A stretch of DNA of 64,000 bases from Clostridium sp. CAG:433 (lineage in GTDB: Bacteria; Bacillota_I; Bacilli_A; RF39; UBA660), in contig FR893564.1 in NCBI GenBank assembly GCA_000433675.1, positions 52,660-116,659 of the forward strand, in the 5' to 3' direction. The translations under genes and the position numbers were made by a program. Positions 28,092-38,900 of this stretch are shown here, one piece after another. Each line of letters opens with the position of its first letter. Positions within the stretch are counted from its first letter, which is position 1. The notes below the pieces were generated by a model. The model was not told the DNA's origin and did no database searches. It saw only the letters and a list, made by a program, of their open reading frames with translations.

Positions 28092-30251
28092 ATGGTAATA
28101 AGTGTACTTGTAGAAATATCATTTAATAATAAAGAAAAGACTTTTGATTATTTAGTTCCTAAAGATATAGAAGATAAAATAGAGATAGGAAAAAGAGTAT
28201 TAGTACCATTTGGTAAACAAAATCTAGAAGGATTTATAATTGATATAAAGAAAAATAGTGAATATGATTTAAAGGAAATAACTAGTATTATAGATGAAGA
28301 ACCAATACTTAATGAAGAACTTTTAAATCTTGGAAAAGAACTAAAAAAAGACTTAGTATGTAATTTAATATCAATATATCAAGCAATGCTTCCGTCAGGT
28401 TATAAAGCAAGTGCTAAAACTAATATTAATGTAAAAAAAGAAAAATATGTAAAATTAGCAAATATAAAAGAAGCTCAAGAATTTATAACTACATCAAAAG
28501 CACAAAAACAAATTGAAATAGTAGAAGATTTATTAAAAAATAAAATATCATTAAAATCAAAATATCAATCAAATATAATAAAAGTATTAAAAGATAAAGG
28601 CATTGTAATAGAAGACGAAAAAGAAAAATATAGGTTAGATAATAGTTATAAAATAGAGCCTCTTTTAAAATTAAATGAATACCAAGAAGAAGCATTAAAT
28701 CAAATAGAAAATAGTAAAAAAGATGTAATTCTTTTAAATGGTGTTACTGGATCTGGTAAAACAGAAATATATATGCATTTAATAAATAAACAAATTTCTT
28801 TAGGAAAAACAGCAATAATGCTTGTTCCTGAAATAAGTTTAACACCTCAAATTATTAATAGATTTAAAGTACATTTTGGAAATAAAATAGCAGTCTTTCA
28901 TAGTGCACTTTCTGAAAGTGAAAAATATGATGAATACAGAAAAATAAGAAGAGGAGAAGTATCTATTGTAATAGGTGCTAGAAGTGCAATATTTACACCA
29001 CTTAAAAATATTGGAATAATAATAATTGATGAAGAACATTCTAGTACATATAAACAAGAACATAATCCTAGATACAACGCAATAGATGTTGCAACTATTA
29101 GAGGTAAATATCATAATGCAAAGGTGGTACTAGGAAGTGCAACACCTCAAATAGAAAGTTATGCAAGAGGTAAAAAAGGTTATTATGAACTTGTATCATT
29201 AACAAAAAGAGCAAATAATGCAAGTTTACCAAATGTAACAATAGTTGATATGAAAAATGAGGTAAAAAAAGGTAATAGTTTATTTTCAGAAATATTAATA
29301 GAAAAAATGAGGGAAAAACTAGAAAATAATGAACAAGTAATATTATTTTTAAATAGAAGAGGCTTTTCAAGTTATCAATTATGTAGTTCATGCGGTGAAG
29401 TTATTAAATGTCCTAATTGTGATATAACACTTACATATCATAAGACTAGTGGTATGAATAGATGTCATTATTGTGGATATGCAGAAAAGAAAAAAGACAT
29501 ATGTCCAAAATGCAAGAATGAATCATTAAAAGATTTTGGTCAAGGTACAGAAAAAGTAGAAGAAGAAATAAAGAAGATATTTCAGAGTTACAGAACAGTT
29601 AGAATGGATATAGATACAACTACGAAAAAAGGTGCCCACGAAAAAATAATAAATTCATTTTTAAATCATGAATATGATATTTTAGTTGGTACACAAATGA
29701 TAGCGAAAGGTCTTGATTTTCCTCTTGTTTCGTTAGTTGGAGTAATAAATGCTGATACAATACTTAATTTTCCAGATTTTAGAAGTAGTGAAAGAACATA
29801 TCAAATGCTTAGTCAAGTATCTGGAAGAGCAGGTAGAGGAAACATAAAAGGCGATGTAATAATTCAGACATTTAATCCTGATAATTATAGTATTGAACTA
29901 TCTAAAACACATAATTATGTAGATTTCTTTAATAAAGAAATAAAAATAAGAAAGGATTTAAAATATCCACCATATTATTTTATTAGTCTAATAAAGATTG
30001 GTAGTAAAGATTATAATTTATCACTTAGTGAATCAAAAAAAATCGCAAATTATATAAAAGAAAATATAAGTGAAGATATGATTGTATTAGGTCCATCAGT
30101 ATCTGGTGTATCAAGAGTAAATAAAATATATTATTTTCAAATAATTATAAAATTTAGGAATAAAGAAAAAATGAGAGAAATATTAAATAATGTATCGGAT
30201 TTAGAAAATAATAATAAAGTTAGCATTAGTATTGATATAAATCCATGTTAA
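28092..30251 (+). CDS. priA: primosomal protein N' (PriA helicase)
   Basis: Walker A LNGVTGSGKTEIY, DEEH box IIIDEEHSS, Cys4 zinc fingers CSSCGEVIKCPNCD…CHYCG…CPKC, helicase C motifs; 719 aa. Confidence 0.9.
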   Translation: MVISVLVEISFNNKEKTFDYLVPKDIEDKIEIGKRVLVPFGKQNLEGFIIDIKKNSEYDLKEITSIIDEEPILNEELLNLGKELKKDLVCNLISIYQAMLPSGYKASAKTNINVKKEKYVKLANIKEAQEFITTSKAQKQIEIVEDLLKNKISLKSKYQSNIIKVLKDKGIVIEDEKEKYRLDNSYKIEPLLKLNEYQEEALNQIENSKKDVILLNGVTGSGKTEIYMHLINKQISLGKTAIMLVPEISLTPQIINRFKVHFGNKIAVFHSALSESEKYDEYRKIRRGEVSIVIGARSAIFTPLKNIGIIIIDEEHSSTYKQEHNPRYNAIDVATIRGKYHNAKVVLGSATPQIESYARGKKGYYELVSLTKRANNASLPNVTIVDMKNEVKKGNSLFSEILIEKMREKLENNEQVILFLNRRGFSSYQLCSSCGEVIKCPNCDITLTYHKTSGMNRCHYCGYAEKKKDICPKCKNESLKDFGQGTEKVEEEIKKIFQSYRTVRMDIDTTTKKGAHEKIINSFLNHEYDILVGTQMIAKGLDFPLVSLVGVINADTILNFPDFRSSERTYQMLSQVSGRAGRGNIKGDVIIQTFNPDNYSIELSKTHNYVDFFNKEIKIRKDLKYPPYYFISLIKIGSKDYNLSLSESKKIANYIKENISEDMIVLGPSVSGVSRVNKIYYFQIIIKFRNKEKMREILNNVSDLENNNKVSISIDINPC

Positions 30252-30277
30252 TAAAGGGAAAAATCATAAAAATAATA

Positions 30278-30306
30278 TTTACACTTTATTTATGGTATGT
30301 TATAAT
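30278..30306 (+). promoter_or_regulatory. sigma-A promoter upstream of rpsB
   Basis: TTTACA-N17-TATAAT with about 100-nt leader. Confidence 0.6.
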
Positions 30307-30414
30307 AATTTTGGCTTTGAAAAAACACAGATATTGATTTACAAACCATGTGCTCATATGGGTGGAGAGTAAAAAAGATATATCTGGAAGAAAAACAAAA
30401 GGAGGAATGAATTT

Positions 30415-31365
30415 ATGGCAGTAGTTTCAATGGGATATTTATTAGAAGCTGGTGTTCATTTTGGTCATCAAACAAAAAGATGGAATCCAAAAATGAAAGA
30501 ATATATCTTCACTGCAAGAGAAGGTATATATATTATCGATTTACAAAAAACAGTTAAAAAAATCGAAGAAGCATATGTTGCTTTAAGAGAAATCGCACAA
30601 AATGGTGGAAAGGTTATCTTTGTTGGTACAAAGAAACAAGCTCAAGAAGCATCTATGGAAGAAGCAATTAGATCAGATAGTTACTATGTAACAGAAAGAT
30701 GGCTTGGAGGAACTTTAACAAACTTCAGAACTATCAAAAGAAGAATAGGATACTTAGATCAAGTTGAAAAAATGGAAGCAAATGGAACTTTAGATGTTCT
30801 ACCTAAAAAAGAAGTTATTAAAATTAAGAAAGAATATGACAAGTTAAATTCTTATTTCTGTGGAATTAGAAATATGAAAAAATTACCTGATGCTATGATC
30901 ATTACTGATCCAAAGAAAGAATATATAGCAATCAAAGAAGCAAGAAAACTTGGAATACCTGTATTTGGTATTGTTGATACTAACTGTGATCCAGATTTAG
31001 TTGATTATGTAATACCTGCAAATGATGATGCTGTAAGAGCTGTTAAAATCATTTTAGGAGTACTTGCTAATGCAATTAATGAAGGTACAGATAGAGAAAT
31101 GGTAGACTTTTTAACTGATGACGATAAAAACAAAAATGCTAATAAAGAATCAAAAAAAGAATCTAAAAAAAGCGAAACTAAAGAAGTAAAAGCAGAAGCT
31201 AAAAAAGAAGAAGTTAAAGAAACTGTTGAAGAAATCAAAGCCGAAGATAAAGAAGATTTATCTAAAAAAACAGTTGCTGAACTAAAAGAAATGGCTAAAG
31301 CTGAAGGTATCGAAGGATACAGCAAACTTAAGAAAAGTGAACTTTTAGAAATTTTAAATAAATAG
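30415..31365 (+). CDS. rpsB: 30S ribosomal protein S2 with K/E-rich C-terminal extension ending in a Rho_N/SAP-like motif
   Basis: [27 protein letters not shown] canonical S2 start; 316 aa versus typical ~240-260; tail …[31 protein letters not shown]. Confidence 0.9.
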   Translation: MAVVSMGYLLEAGVHFGHQTKRWNPKMKEYIFTAREGIYIIDLQKTVKKIEEAYVALREIAQNGGKVIFVGTKKQAQEASMEEAIRSDSYYVTERWLGGTLTNFRTIKRRIGYLDQVEKMEANGTLDVLPKKEVIKIKKEYDKLNSYFCGIRNMKKLPDAMIITDPKKEYIAIKEARKLGIPVFGIVDTNCDPDLVDYVIPANDDAVRAVKIILGVLANAINEGTDREMVDFLTDDDKNKNANKESKKESKKSETKEVKAEAKKEEVKETVEEIKAEDKEDLSKKTVAELKEMAKAEGIEGYSKLKKSELLEILNK

Positions 31366-31388
31366 TAATCTAAAAGGAGGATATATAA

Positions 31389-32258
31389 ATGAATACAAGT
31401 TTAATTAAAGAATTAAGAGATTTATCAGGTGCTGGATTAATGGATTGTAAAAAAGCACTTGAAGCTAGTAATAATGATATCGATGAAGCAATCGATTATC
31501 TAAGAAAAAAAGGTATTAGTAAAGCTGCTAAAAAAGCAGATAGAGTAGCAGCAGAAGGATTAAGTACAGTTGTTATTGATGGAAATAATGCATCAATAGT
31601 TGAAGTTAACTGTGAAACAGACTTCGTTGCTAAGAATGAAAAATTTGTAAATTTAGTAAATAAAATTGCTGATTTAATCGTTAAAAACGATGTTAAAACA
31701 ATGGAAGAAGCAATGAGTTTAAGTACTGAAGAAGGTACTTTAAACGATACTATAGTTAATTTTACAGCAACTATAGGAGAAAAAATTAGTTTTAGAAGAT
31801 TTGCAAGACTTTCAAAAACTGATTCACAAAACTTTGGAAGTTATATCCACATGGGTGGTAGAATCGCTGTATTAACTTTATTAGAAGGTGCAGACGAAGA
31901 AACTGCTAAAGATGTATCAATGCATGCTGCAGCTATGAGACCATCATATGTAAAAAGAGAAGATGTTCCAGCAGAAGAAGTTGAAAGAGAAACATCAGTA
32001 TTAAAAGAACAAGCTATGAATGAAGGAAAACCTGCTGAAATAGCTGAAAAAATGGTTAATGGTCGTATAAATAAATTCTATAAAGAAATTTGTTTAGAAG
32101 AACAAGACTTCGTTAAAGATTCTGATATGACTGTTGGTGCCTTTGTTAAATCTAAAAACGGTTCTATAGTTAATATGGTACGTTTTGAAGTTGGTGAAGG
32201 AATCGAAAAGAAAGAAGAAAACTTTGCTGAAGAAGTAATGAACCAAATAAAAGGATAA
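31389..32258 (+). CDS. tsf: elongation factor Ts
   Basis: IKELRDLSGAGLMDCKKAL UBA-like N-terminus and dimerisation core; 289 aa. Confidence 0.9.
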   Translation: MNTSLIKELRDLSGAGLMDCKKALEASNNDIDEAIDYLRKKGISKAAKKADRVAAEGLSTVVIDGNNASIVEVNCETDFVAKNEKFVNLVNKIADLIVKNDVKTMEEAMSLSTEEGTLNDTIVNFTATIGEKISFRRFARLSKTDSQNFGSYIHMGGRIAVLTLLEGADEETAKDVSMHAAAMRPSYVKREDVPAEEVERETSVLKEQAMNEGKPAEIAEKMVNGRINKFYKEICLEEQDFVKDSDMTVGAFVKSKNGSIVNMVRFEVGEGIEKKEENFAEEVMNQIKG

Positions 32259-32266
32259 TAATATAG

Positions 32267-32299
32267 GAGAAATAAGAAATTATTTCTCTTTTTCTTTTT
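32267..32299 (+). terminator. rho-independent terminator after tsf
   Basis: GAGAAATA-agaaat-TATTTCTC followed by TTTTTCTTTTT. Confidence 0.75.
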
Positions 32300-32360
32300 A
32301 ATGTAGTACTTGAAGAAAAAAATAATATATAGTAAAATATAACTATATTGAAAGGAAAAA

Positions 32361-32912
32361 ATGAAAATGGATGAAATTATTTTAGAAGCAAATGAAAAAA
32401 TGGAAAAAACTATTGAAAATCTTTTAGAAAGATTTAAAACAATAAGAGCAGGTAGAGCAAATCCTGCAATATTAGATGGCGTAAAGGTAGAATATTATGG
32501 TACACCAACACCACTTAATCAATTAGCAACCGTATCTGTACCAGAAGCAAGAAGACTTCAAATTAAACCATTTGATAAATCTTGTCTTGCTAATATTGAA
32601 AAGGCTATATTTGAAGCTGATTTAGGATTAACTCCTAATAATACTGGAGAACTTATATTTATTGCTATTCCAGAACTTACTGAAGATAGAAGAAGAGAAT
32701 TTGTTAAACAAGCAAAAACTCTTGCTGAAGAAGCTAAAATAGCACTTAGAAATATTAGACAAGATGCTAATAATGCAATTAAAAAAGATGAAGAAATAAA
32801 CGAAGATATGGAAAAGTCTTTAATGAATGAAGTACAGGATTTAATTAATGATTTTAATAAAAAAGTAGATGAAAAATTAAAAGAAAAAGAAGAAGAATTA
32901 ATGACAATATAA
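32361..32912 (+). CDS. frr: ribosome recycling factor
   Basis: ILDGVKVEYYGTPTPLNQLATVSVPEARRLQIKPFD; 183 aa. Confidence 0.9.
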   Translation: MKMDEIILEANEKMEKTIENLLERFKTIRAGRANPAILDGVKVEYYGTPTPLNQLATVSVPEARRLQIKPFDKSCLANIEKAIFEADLGLTPNNTGELIFIAIPELTEDRRREFVKQAKTLAEEAKIALRNIRQDANNAIKKDEEINEDMEKSLMNEVQDLINDFNKKVDEKLKEKEEELMTI

Positions 32913-32931
32913 TTCTTCTTTAGGAGAATTT

Positions 32932-33627
32932 ATGAAAGAAAAAGTTAAAATTGTAGTAGTCTTAGTAGTAATATTATTTATATTTTTAGGAATATTCTTT
33001 ATGGGGAAAAAGGTATCTTTAAATAATTATCTAAATAAAACAAATAAATATTCAAATAAAATAAATTATACAACTGGAATAACACTTAATATAGAAAGCT
33101 TAGATAAACAATCAAAAATTGAATATACTATCGCTAGAACTAAAGGTATTAAGAATATTATAATTAGTAAGTATGACGATGAAGAACTTACTAGTAGTAT
33201 TAATAAATATTTAGTAAAAGAAAATGGTAAAACAAAATGTTATACAAAAGATAGTAGTTCAAATAAAGTATCTTGTGATGCTAAAGAAGATTTTAAAATT
33301 GATTATAAGAAATTAAAGAAAAATATAATTAAAATAAAAAAAGTAGATAATGAAGTAATTAATAAGGTTAGTTATAAAAAGTATACTGTATCTATGAAAA
33401 AAAGCGATGCATATAATTTAATATATGATAAAGATGTTATGGATGAAAAAAAATTAAACGGAACAGTAGATGTTCAAATATTAGTTGATAAATCCACAAA
33501 TTTTATTTATGAAATAGATTATGTAATTGATAATTTAAATTCAGATAGTAATAATAAAATAAAATATAGTGTACAAATAAACAATTTTGATTTTAACAAT
33601 AATAATGAAATTAATTTACCTTTTTAG
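32932..33627 (+). CDS. hypothetical membrane-anchored protein
   Basis: N-terminal TM (VVVLVVILFIFLGIFFMG), K/N-rich soluble part. Confidence 0.45.
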   Translation: MKEKVKIVVVLVVILFIFLGIFFMGKKVSLNNYLNKTNKYSNKINYTTGITLNIESLDKQSKIEYTIARTKGIKNIIISKYDDEELTSSINKYLVKENGKTKCYTKDSSSNKVSCDAKEDFKIDYKKLKKNIIKIKKVDNEVINKVSYKKYTVSMKKSDAYNLIYDKDVMDEKKLNGTVDVQILVDKSTNFIYEIDYVIDNLNSDSNNKIKYSVQINNFDFNNNNEINLPF

Positions 33628-33660
33628 AAAAAAAGTGCATTTTATAGGCACTTTTTTTAT
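33628..33660 (+). terminator. putative terminator
   Basis: AAAAGTGC-attttatag-GCACTTTTTTT. Confidence 0.55.
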
Positions 33661-33695
33661 TTTCTATCATAAATTAAAGTAGAGGAGTGATAAGA

Positions 33696-34226
33696 ATGTC
33701 TAATTATAAAGAAATTGTAACTAAGGCAGTAATAGGTAAAGGTAAAAAGTATTTCAAAAATAAGTATAGTGTTAAAAGTGAAGTTGTTCCAAGTACAATA
33801 TTAGGTTGCTGGATAATTAATCATAAATTTAAAGGATATGTACAAGGTGATGATGTAGTAGTTGATGGTTCATTTGATATAAATATATGGTATTCATATG
33901 ATAATGATACAAAAACAAATGTTATTAATGAAACAATTAAATATAATGAACTTATTAATGTTAAAACAAAACTTGATGTAGATTTTAATGATTCAGAAAT
34001 TATTGTTAGAGTACTTAAACAACCAAGTTGCGGTAATGTACAAATAAATGGTAATACTATAGATTTTGATATAGAAAAGGAACTTGGTATAGAAGTTGTT
34101 GGCGATACAAAAGTTAAAATAATGGTTGAAGATGATGAAGATAAATGGGAAGTATTTGATGATAATGTAACTGATGAAACACTAGAAGAAATAGATAATG
34201 AAGTAAATGAGGACTTTTTAGAGTAG
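33696..34226 (+). CDS. hypothetical protein
   Basis: ATG 33696 with GAGGAGTG upstream; acidic C-terminus; family not recognised. Confidence 0.45.
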   Translation: MSNYKEIVTKAVIGKGKKYFKNKYSVKSEVVPSTILGCWIINHKFKGYVQGDDVVVDGSFDINIWYSYDNDTKTNVINETIKYNELINVKTKLDVDFNDSEIIVRVLKQPSCGNVQINGNTIDFDIEKELGIEVVGDTKVKIMVEDDEDKWEVFDDNVTDETLEEIDNEVNEDFLE

Positions 34227-34263
34227 TTGTCAACAAAAATAGTTGACACTACTTCTTTTTTTT
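34223..34263 (+). terminator. rho-independent terminator
   Basis: AGTAGTTGTCAAC-aaaaat-AGTTGACACTACT followed by T8. Confidence 0.7.
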
Positions 34264-34271
34264 AGTATAAT
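34243..34271 (+). promoter_or_regulatory. rpsP promoter whose -35 lies within the upstream terminator stem
   Basis: TTGACA 34243-34248, 17-nt spacer, TATAAT 34266-34271. Confidence 0.5.
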
Positions 34272-34305
34272 TGACTTACAGTGAGTGGAAAAGGAGGAGT
34301 TAAAT

Positions 34306-34572
34306 ATGGCAGTTAAGATTAGATTAAAAAGAATGGGAGCTAAAAAAAGACCATTCTACAGAGTTGTAATCGCTGATTCAAGAAGCCCAAGAGATGGTAA
34401 AACAATCGATGAAATTGGTTACTATAATCCAATTGATGGTGAAATCAAAATTAAAGAAGAAGATGCTTTAAAATGGTTAAGAAATGGTGCTATCGCAACT
34501 GATACAGCTAAAAACGTATTATCTAAAGCAGGAATTATGACTAAATTCCATGAAGAAAAGAGCGGTAAATAA
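34306..34572 (+). CDS. rpsP: 30S ribosomal protein S16
   Basis: [31 protein letters not shown]; AGGAGG 7 nt upstream of ATG 34306. Confidence 0.9.
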   Translation: MAVKIRLKRMGAKKRPFYRVVIADSRSPRDGKTIDEIGYYNPIDGEIKIKEEDALKWLRNGAIATDTAKNVLSKAGIMTKFHEEKSGK

Positions 34573-34574
34573 TA

Positions 34575-34817
34575 ATGACTTTAGTAGAATTAACAGAAAT
34601 GATTGTTAAAAGTCTTGTTAGTGATCCAGATTCTATTTCAGTAAAAGAATTTCCTAATGATGATGAAATAATTATAGAAGTAGTTGTTAAAGAGGAAGAT
34701 ATGGGTTCTGTAATAGGAAGAGAAGGAAAGATTGCTAATTCTATTAGAACTGTAGTTCAAGCAAGTTCTTATTTAAAAGATAATAAAAGAGTAAAGATTA
34801 ATATCAGTTCTTTTTAA
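34575..34817 (+). CDS. KH-domain RNA-binding protein (YlqC-like)
   Basis: …VIGREGKIANSIRTVV KH GxxG motif; conserved position after rpsP. Confidence 0.8.
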   Translation: MTLVELTEMIVKSLVSDPDSISVKEFPNDDEIIIEVVVKEEDMGSVIGREGKIANSIRTVVQASSYLKDNKRVKINISSF

Positions 34818-34837
34818 AGATATTAATCTTTTTTTTT
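34816..34837 (+). terminator. putative terminator
   Basis: AAGAT-atta-ATCTT followed by T9. Confidence 0.5.
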
Positions 34838-34897
34838 GCTTTTTTTCTTTATTTGTGGTAGAATAACAAAGCTTTAAAAATTAAAGGGGGAATTTTT

Positions 34898-35857
34898 ATG
34901 AATAGCATGTTAGATTTTAGAATAAGAAAATTACATCCAAAAATGCAAGAATATGTATATTTAGGTACAAAAATAGGGCTATTCAATAATTTAAATATAG
35001 AAAGAGTTGTTAGTAGACTTGAAAGAGTAGAAATTGGAATTAACAATAATATGAATTCATATGCACATACTCTTCCTATTAGAACTGAAGATGAAAATGG
35101 AAATTATGTAAGTAAAGGAATAAATATAGATATTAATAAAGATAAAGTAGACTCAAAAATGAGACAAGGTTTATTTTATTTTGAAGATGAAATATTATTC
35201 CATGAATTTTCTCATGCAGTTAATGGTATATACGAAGAATGGTTCGAAAAATTAATGCTTGGATATGATGTAGATGAAAAATTTATATCTACAAGTCCTA
35301 CAAAAGAAGATATGGTAAAAAATTTGTCAAATAATCCTGAATTTAGACAAATTAAATATGCTGGAATATTATTAGATGATTTTGTATCACAAACAATAGC
35401 CCAAAAGATGATAAATTATAAATATGAAAGAAATATATATCCTGATAGAGAAAGAATTTTTGAATTGTCAGAACCACCAATTAAATGTAATTGTAGTCTT
35501 AATGGTTGTTGGCAGTTTGAAAATGTTGCTAAAAAGTTTATAGAATCAATGTATGGTGTATGTGATGTTGATCAATTTTGTATTGATGCAATAGATAAAG
35601 GAATAATAAATAAAATCTTTTCAAAATATATGAAAAGAAAAAGAGGTTTTATAGATTTATATAAAATATTAGGATATATGGGAAATGTTTCATTTTCTGT
35701 TATTAGTAAAAATTTAGATGAATATACAAAAGCAACAGATAGAGATATGGCCGCAAGAAATCCAAAAAAATTATTCCGTTCAATAAAAGAATTAAATGGT
35801 ATATTAGATAAAAATGCAGAAATTGAAAAAGTAAAAATGGGATTTGGTGCGTTTTAA
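34898..35857 (+). CDS. putative zincin-like metallopeptidase (HExxH), paralog of 22980..23927
   Basis: LFHEFSHAVNGIYEEW motif; collinear similarity to the 22980 ORF over most of its length. Confidence 0.55.
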   Translation: MNSMLDFRIRKLHPKMQEYVYLGTKIGLFNNLNIERVVSRLERVEIGINNNMNSYAHTLPIRTEDENGNYVSKGINIDINKDKVDSKMRQGLFYFEDEILFHEFSHAVNGIYEEWFEKLMLGYDVDEKFISTSPTKEDMVKNLSNNPEFRQIKYAGILLDDFVSQTIAQKMINYKYERNIYPDRERIFELSEPPIKCNCSLNGCWQFENVAKKFIESMYGVCDVDQFCIDAIDKGIINKIFSKYMKRKRGFIDLYKILGYMGNVSFSVISKNLDEYTKATDRDMAARNPKKLFRSIKELNGILDKNAEIEKVKMGFGAF

Positions 35858-35929
35858 TTAATAAAAGAAGTAGATTAGTATTAAATCTATTTTTTTTATG
35901 ATATAATTATTTAGAAGGATAGTGATAAC

Positions 35930-38900
35930 ATGGGAAAATATAAAGTAATAGATGGTAATGAAGCATGCGCACATATATCTTATATGTTTACTGAAATAGC
36001 AGGTATATATCCAATAACACCTGCATCACCAATGAGTGAATATATAGATAAGTGGAGCACTGAAGGAAGACTTAACCTATTTAATAATAAAGTTAAATTA
36101 ATAGAAATGCAAAGTGAAGCAGGGGCAATAGCGCTTGTACACGGTTCACTTCAAACAGGTTCACTTGCTAGTACATATACAGCAAGTCAAGGACTTCTTT
36201 TAATGATACCTTCAATGTATAAAATAGCAGGTGAAATGCTTCCTTGTGTAATAAATGTTGCATCAAGAACTATCGCAACACATGCTTTAAGTATATTTGG
36301 AGATCATTCTGATATATATGCATCAAGAAGTACAGGATTTTGCTTTTTAGCGTCTTCTTCCGTAGAAGATACAATATATATGACACTTGCATCTTACTTA
36401 AGTACATTAAAAGGGAAACTACCTTTTGTTAATTTCTTTGATGGTTTTAGAACAAGTCATGAACTAAATAAAGTATATGTTCCAGATATGTCTGAAATAA
36501 AAGGTCTTGTACCATTTAAAGCTATAGATAACTTTAGAAAAGAAAGTATGATATCAAAAAAACAAATAAAAGGTACAACACAAAATGATGATGTATATTT
36601 TCAAAATTTGGAAGCAAGAAATAAATATTATGATAAGATGCCTGATGTAGTAAATGAATGCATGGAAAAAATAAATAAAAAATTTAAAACAGATTATAAA
36701 CCATTCAATTATTATGGTGATGAAAATGCAGAAAAAGTAATAGTTGCGATGGGTTCTGTTTGTGATGCATTAAAAGAACTTGTAGATGTACTTAATGCTA
36801 AGGGAGAAAAAGTAGGTGTACTAATAGTTCATTTATTTAGACCATTCTCTAAAAAATATTTCTTAGAAGCATTACCTAAAAAGGTACGTAAAATAGCAGT
36901 ATTAGATAGAGCAAAAGAAGCAGGAGCAGTTGGTGAACCACTATATGAAGATGTAGTAAATATATTTAATGATGTAAAAAATAAACCATTTATAATAGGT
37001 GGAAGATATGGAATATCTAGTAAAGATACTAATTTAGAAGATTTATATGCAGTATTTAAAAACTTAGATAGTAATGAGCCTATTAACTCATTTACAATAG
37101 GAATAGTAGATGATGTTACAGGTAAAAGTTTAAAACCATGTAAAATAAAAAGCGATAAGAAAAATATTGAAATGCTTATATATGGATATGGTTCAGATGG
37201 TATGATTTCAGCATCTAAAGATATTATTAAAACAATTGGAACAGAGACTGAAGCTTTTGTACAAGGATATTTTGAATATGATTCTAAAAAGAGTGGTGGA
37301 ATTACTGTATCACACTTAAGAATAGGAAAAGAAAAAATAAATATGCCATATTATATAACAAATCCACATATTGTAGTATGTACTAAAGATGTATACTTAG
37401 AAAAGTATGATATGTTATCAAAAATAAGAAAAAATGGTATATTTATATTAGTAACAGATAAAACTGAACAAGAAATAAAGAATGCTATATCAAATAAAAT
37501 AAAATATGAACTTGCAAAAAAGAATGTTAAATTTTATATAATTGATGCATATAAGATTGCTAAAGAAAATAATATTCTAAATAAAATAAGTATGATAATG
37601 GAAAATGCTATTGTATATATAACTAAAGTACTTCCACATGCTGAATTTACAAATGATCAAAAAGAAAGTATTAAACTTCATTTTGCTAAAAAAGGTGATG
37701 AAATAGTAAATAATAATATTAATGCTATAAAAGATATTGAAAGTAAAATTGTTAAAGTAGAAGTAGATGAACTTTGGAAAAATCTAAGTTATTCAGAAGA
37801 AAAATATACTGGAATTATAGATAATATTATTCATTTAAAAGGTAATGATTTAACAGTAAAAGACTTTGAAAAACACGAAAGTGGAGTATTTCCTGTTAAT
37901 ACATCAAATTTAGAAAAAAGAAATATAGCTCAAGTTTTACCAAGATGGGTAAAAGAAAATTGTATAGAGTGTAATCAATGTTCTATAGTTTGTCCACATG
38001 GAGTAATAAGACCAAAATTAATGACAGAAGAAGAAATTAAGAAAAATAAAAATGTAGTAGTTATACCATGTATGGGTAATGATGAATATAAATATGCACT
38101 TGAAATTAGTTATGAAAATTGTACAGGATGTGGTTTATGTGCAAATACATGTCCTGGTAAACTTGGTGCAAAAGCATTAATTATGACAGACCATAAAGAA
38201 GTAGAAAGAATAAATAATGAAATAAAAAATATAACTAATAAAAAATTATATTTAGAATCTACTATAAAAGGTGTAGCATTTAATGAACCATTATTTAAAT
38301 ATTCAGGTGCATGTGCAGGATGCGGTGAAACACCTTACTTAAAATTATTAACACAAATATATAAAGATGGACTTATAATTGCAAATGCAACTGGATGTTC
38401 ATCAATATACGGTGGAAGTCTTCCAACAAATCCATACAATGTGTCTTGGTCAAATTCATTATTTGAAGATAATGCAGAATATGGATTAGGTATGAGAATA
38501 ACTATGGATCTTGCTAAAGAAAAGATTACTAATATAATGAAAGAAAAATTAAAAGGTAGACTTGGAATAAAAAATATAGAAATGTTTAATAAATGGTTAG
38601 TAAATAAAGACAATTATAATATTACTAAAGAAATAATGGAAAATATTAACTATGATGAAGTAAAAGAACTTGAACCATTAAAAGGATATATTATGTCAAA
38701 AGATGTTTGGATAGTAGGTGGAGATGGTTGGAGTTATGATATAGGATTTGGTGGAATAGACCATATTATGGCATCAGGAGAAGATGTAAATATATTAGTA
38801 CTTGATACAGAAGTATACTCAAACACTGGTGGTCAAGCAAGTAAATCAACTGAAAAAGGTGCAGTTGCTAAATTTGCTAATGATGGTAAAAAAACATCTA

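Noticed and set aside
28489-29391. Three antisense ORFs within priA
   Set aside because: They are embedded antisense to a high-confidence helicase gene, with L/F/Y-rich low-complexity composition.
31005-31325. Antisense 106-aa ORF opposite the rpsB C-terminal extension
   Set aside because: It mirrors the K/E-rich low-complexity tail of S2 as S/L/F-rich and is not credible.
33821-34249. Antisense 142-aa ORF opposite the 33696..34226 gene
   Set aside because: It is wholly overlapped by a plus-strand ORF that has an RBS, and has serine-rich low-complexity composition.
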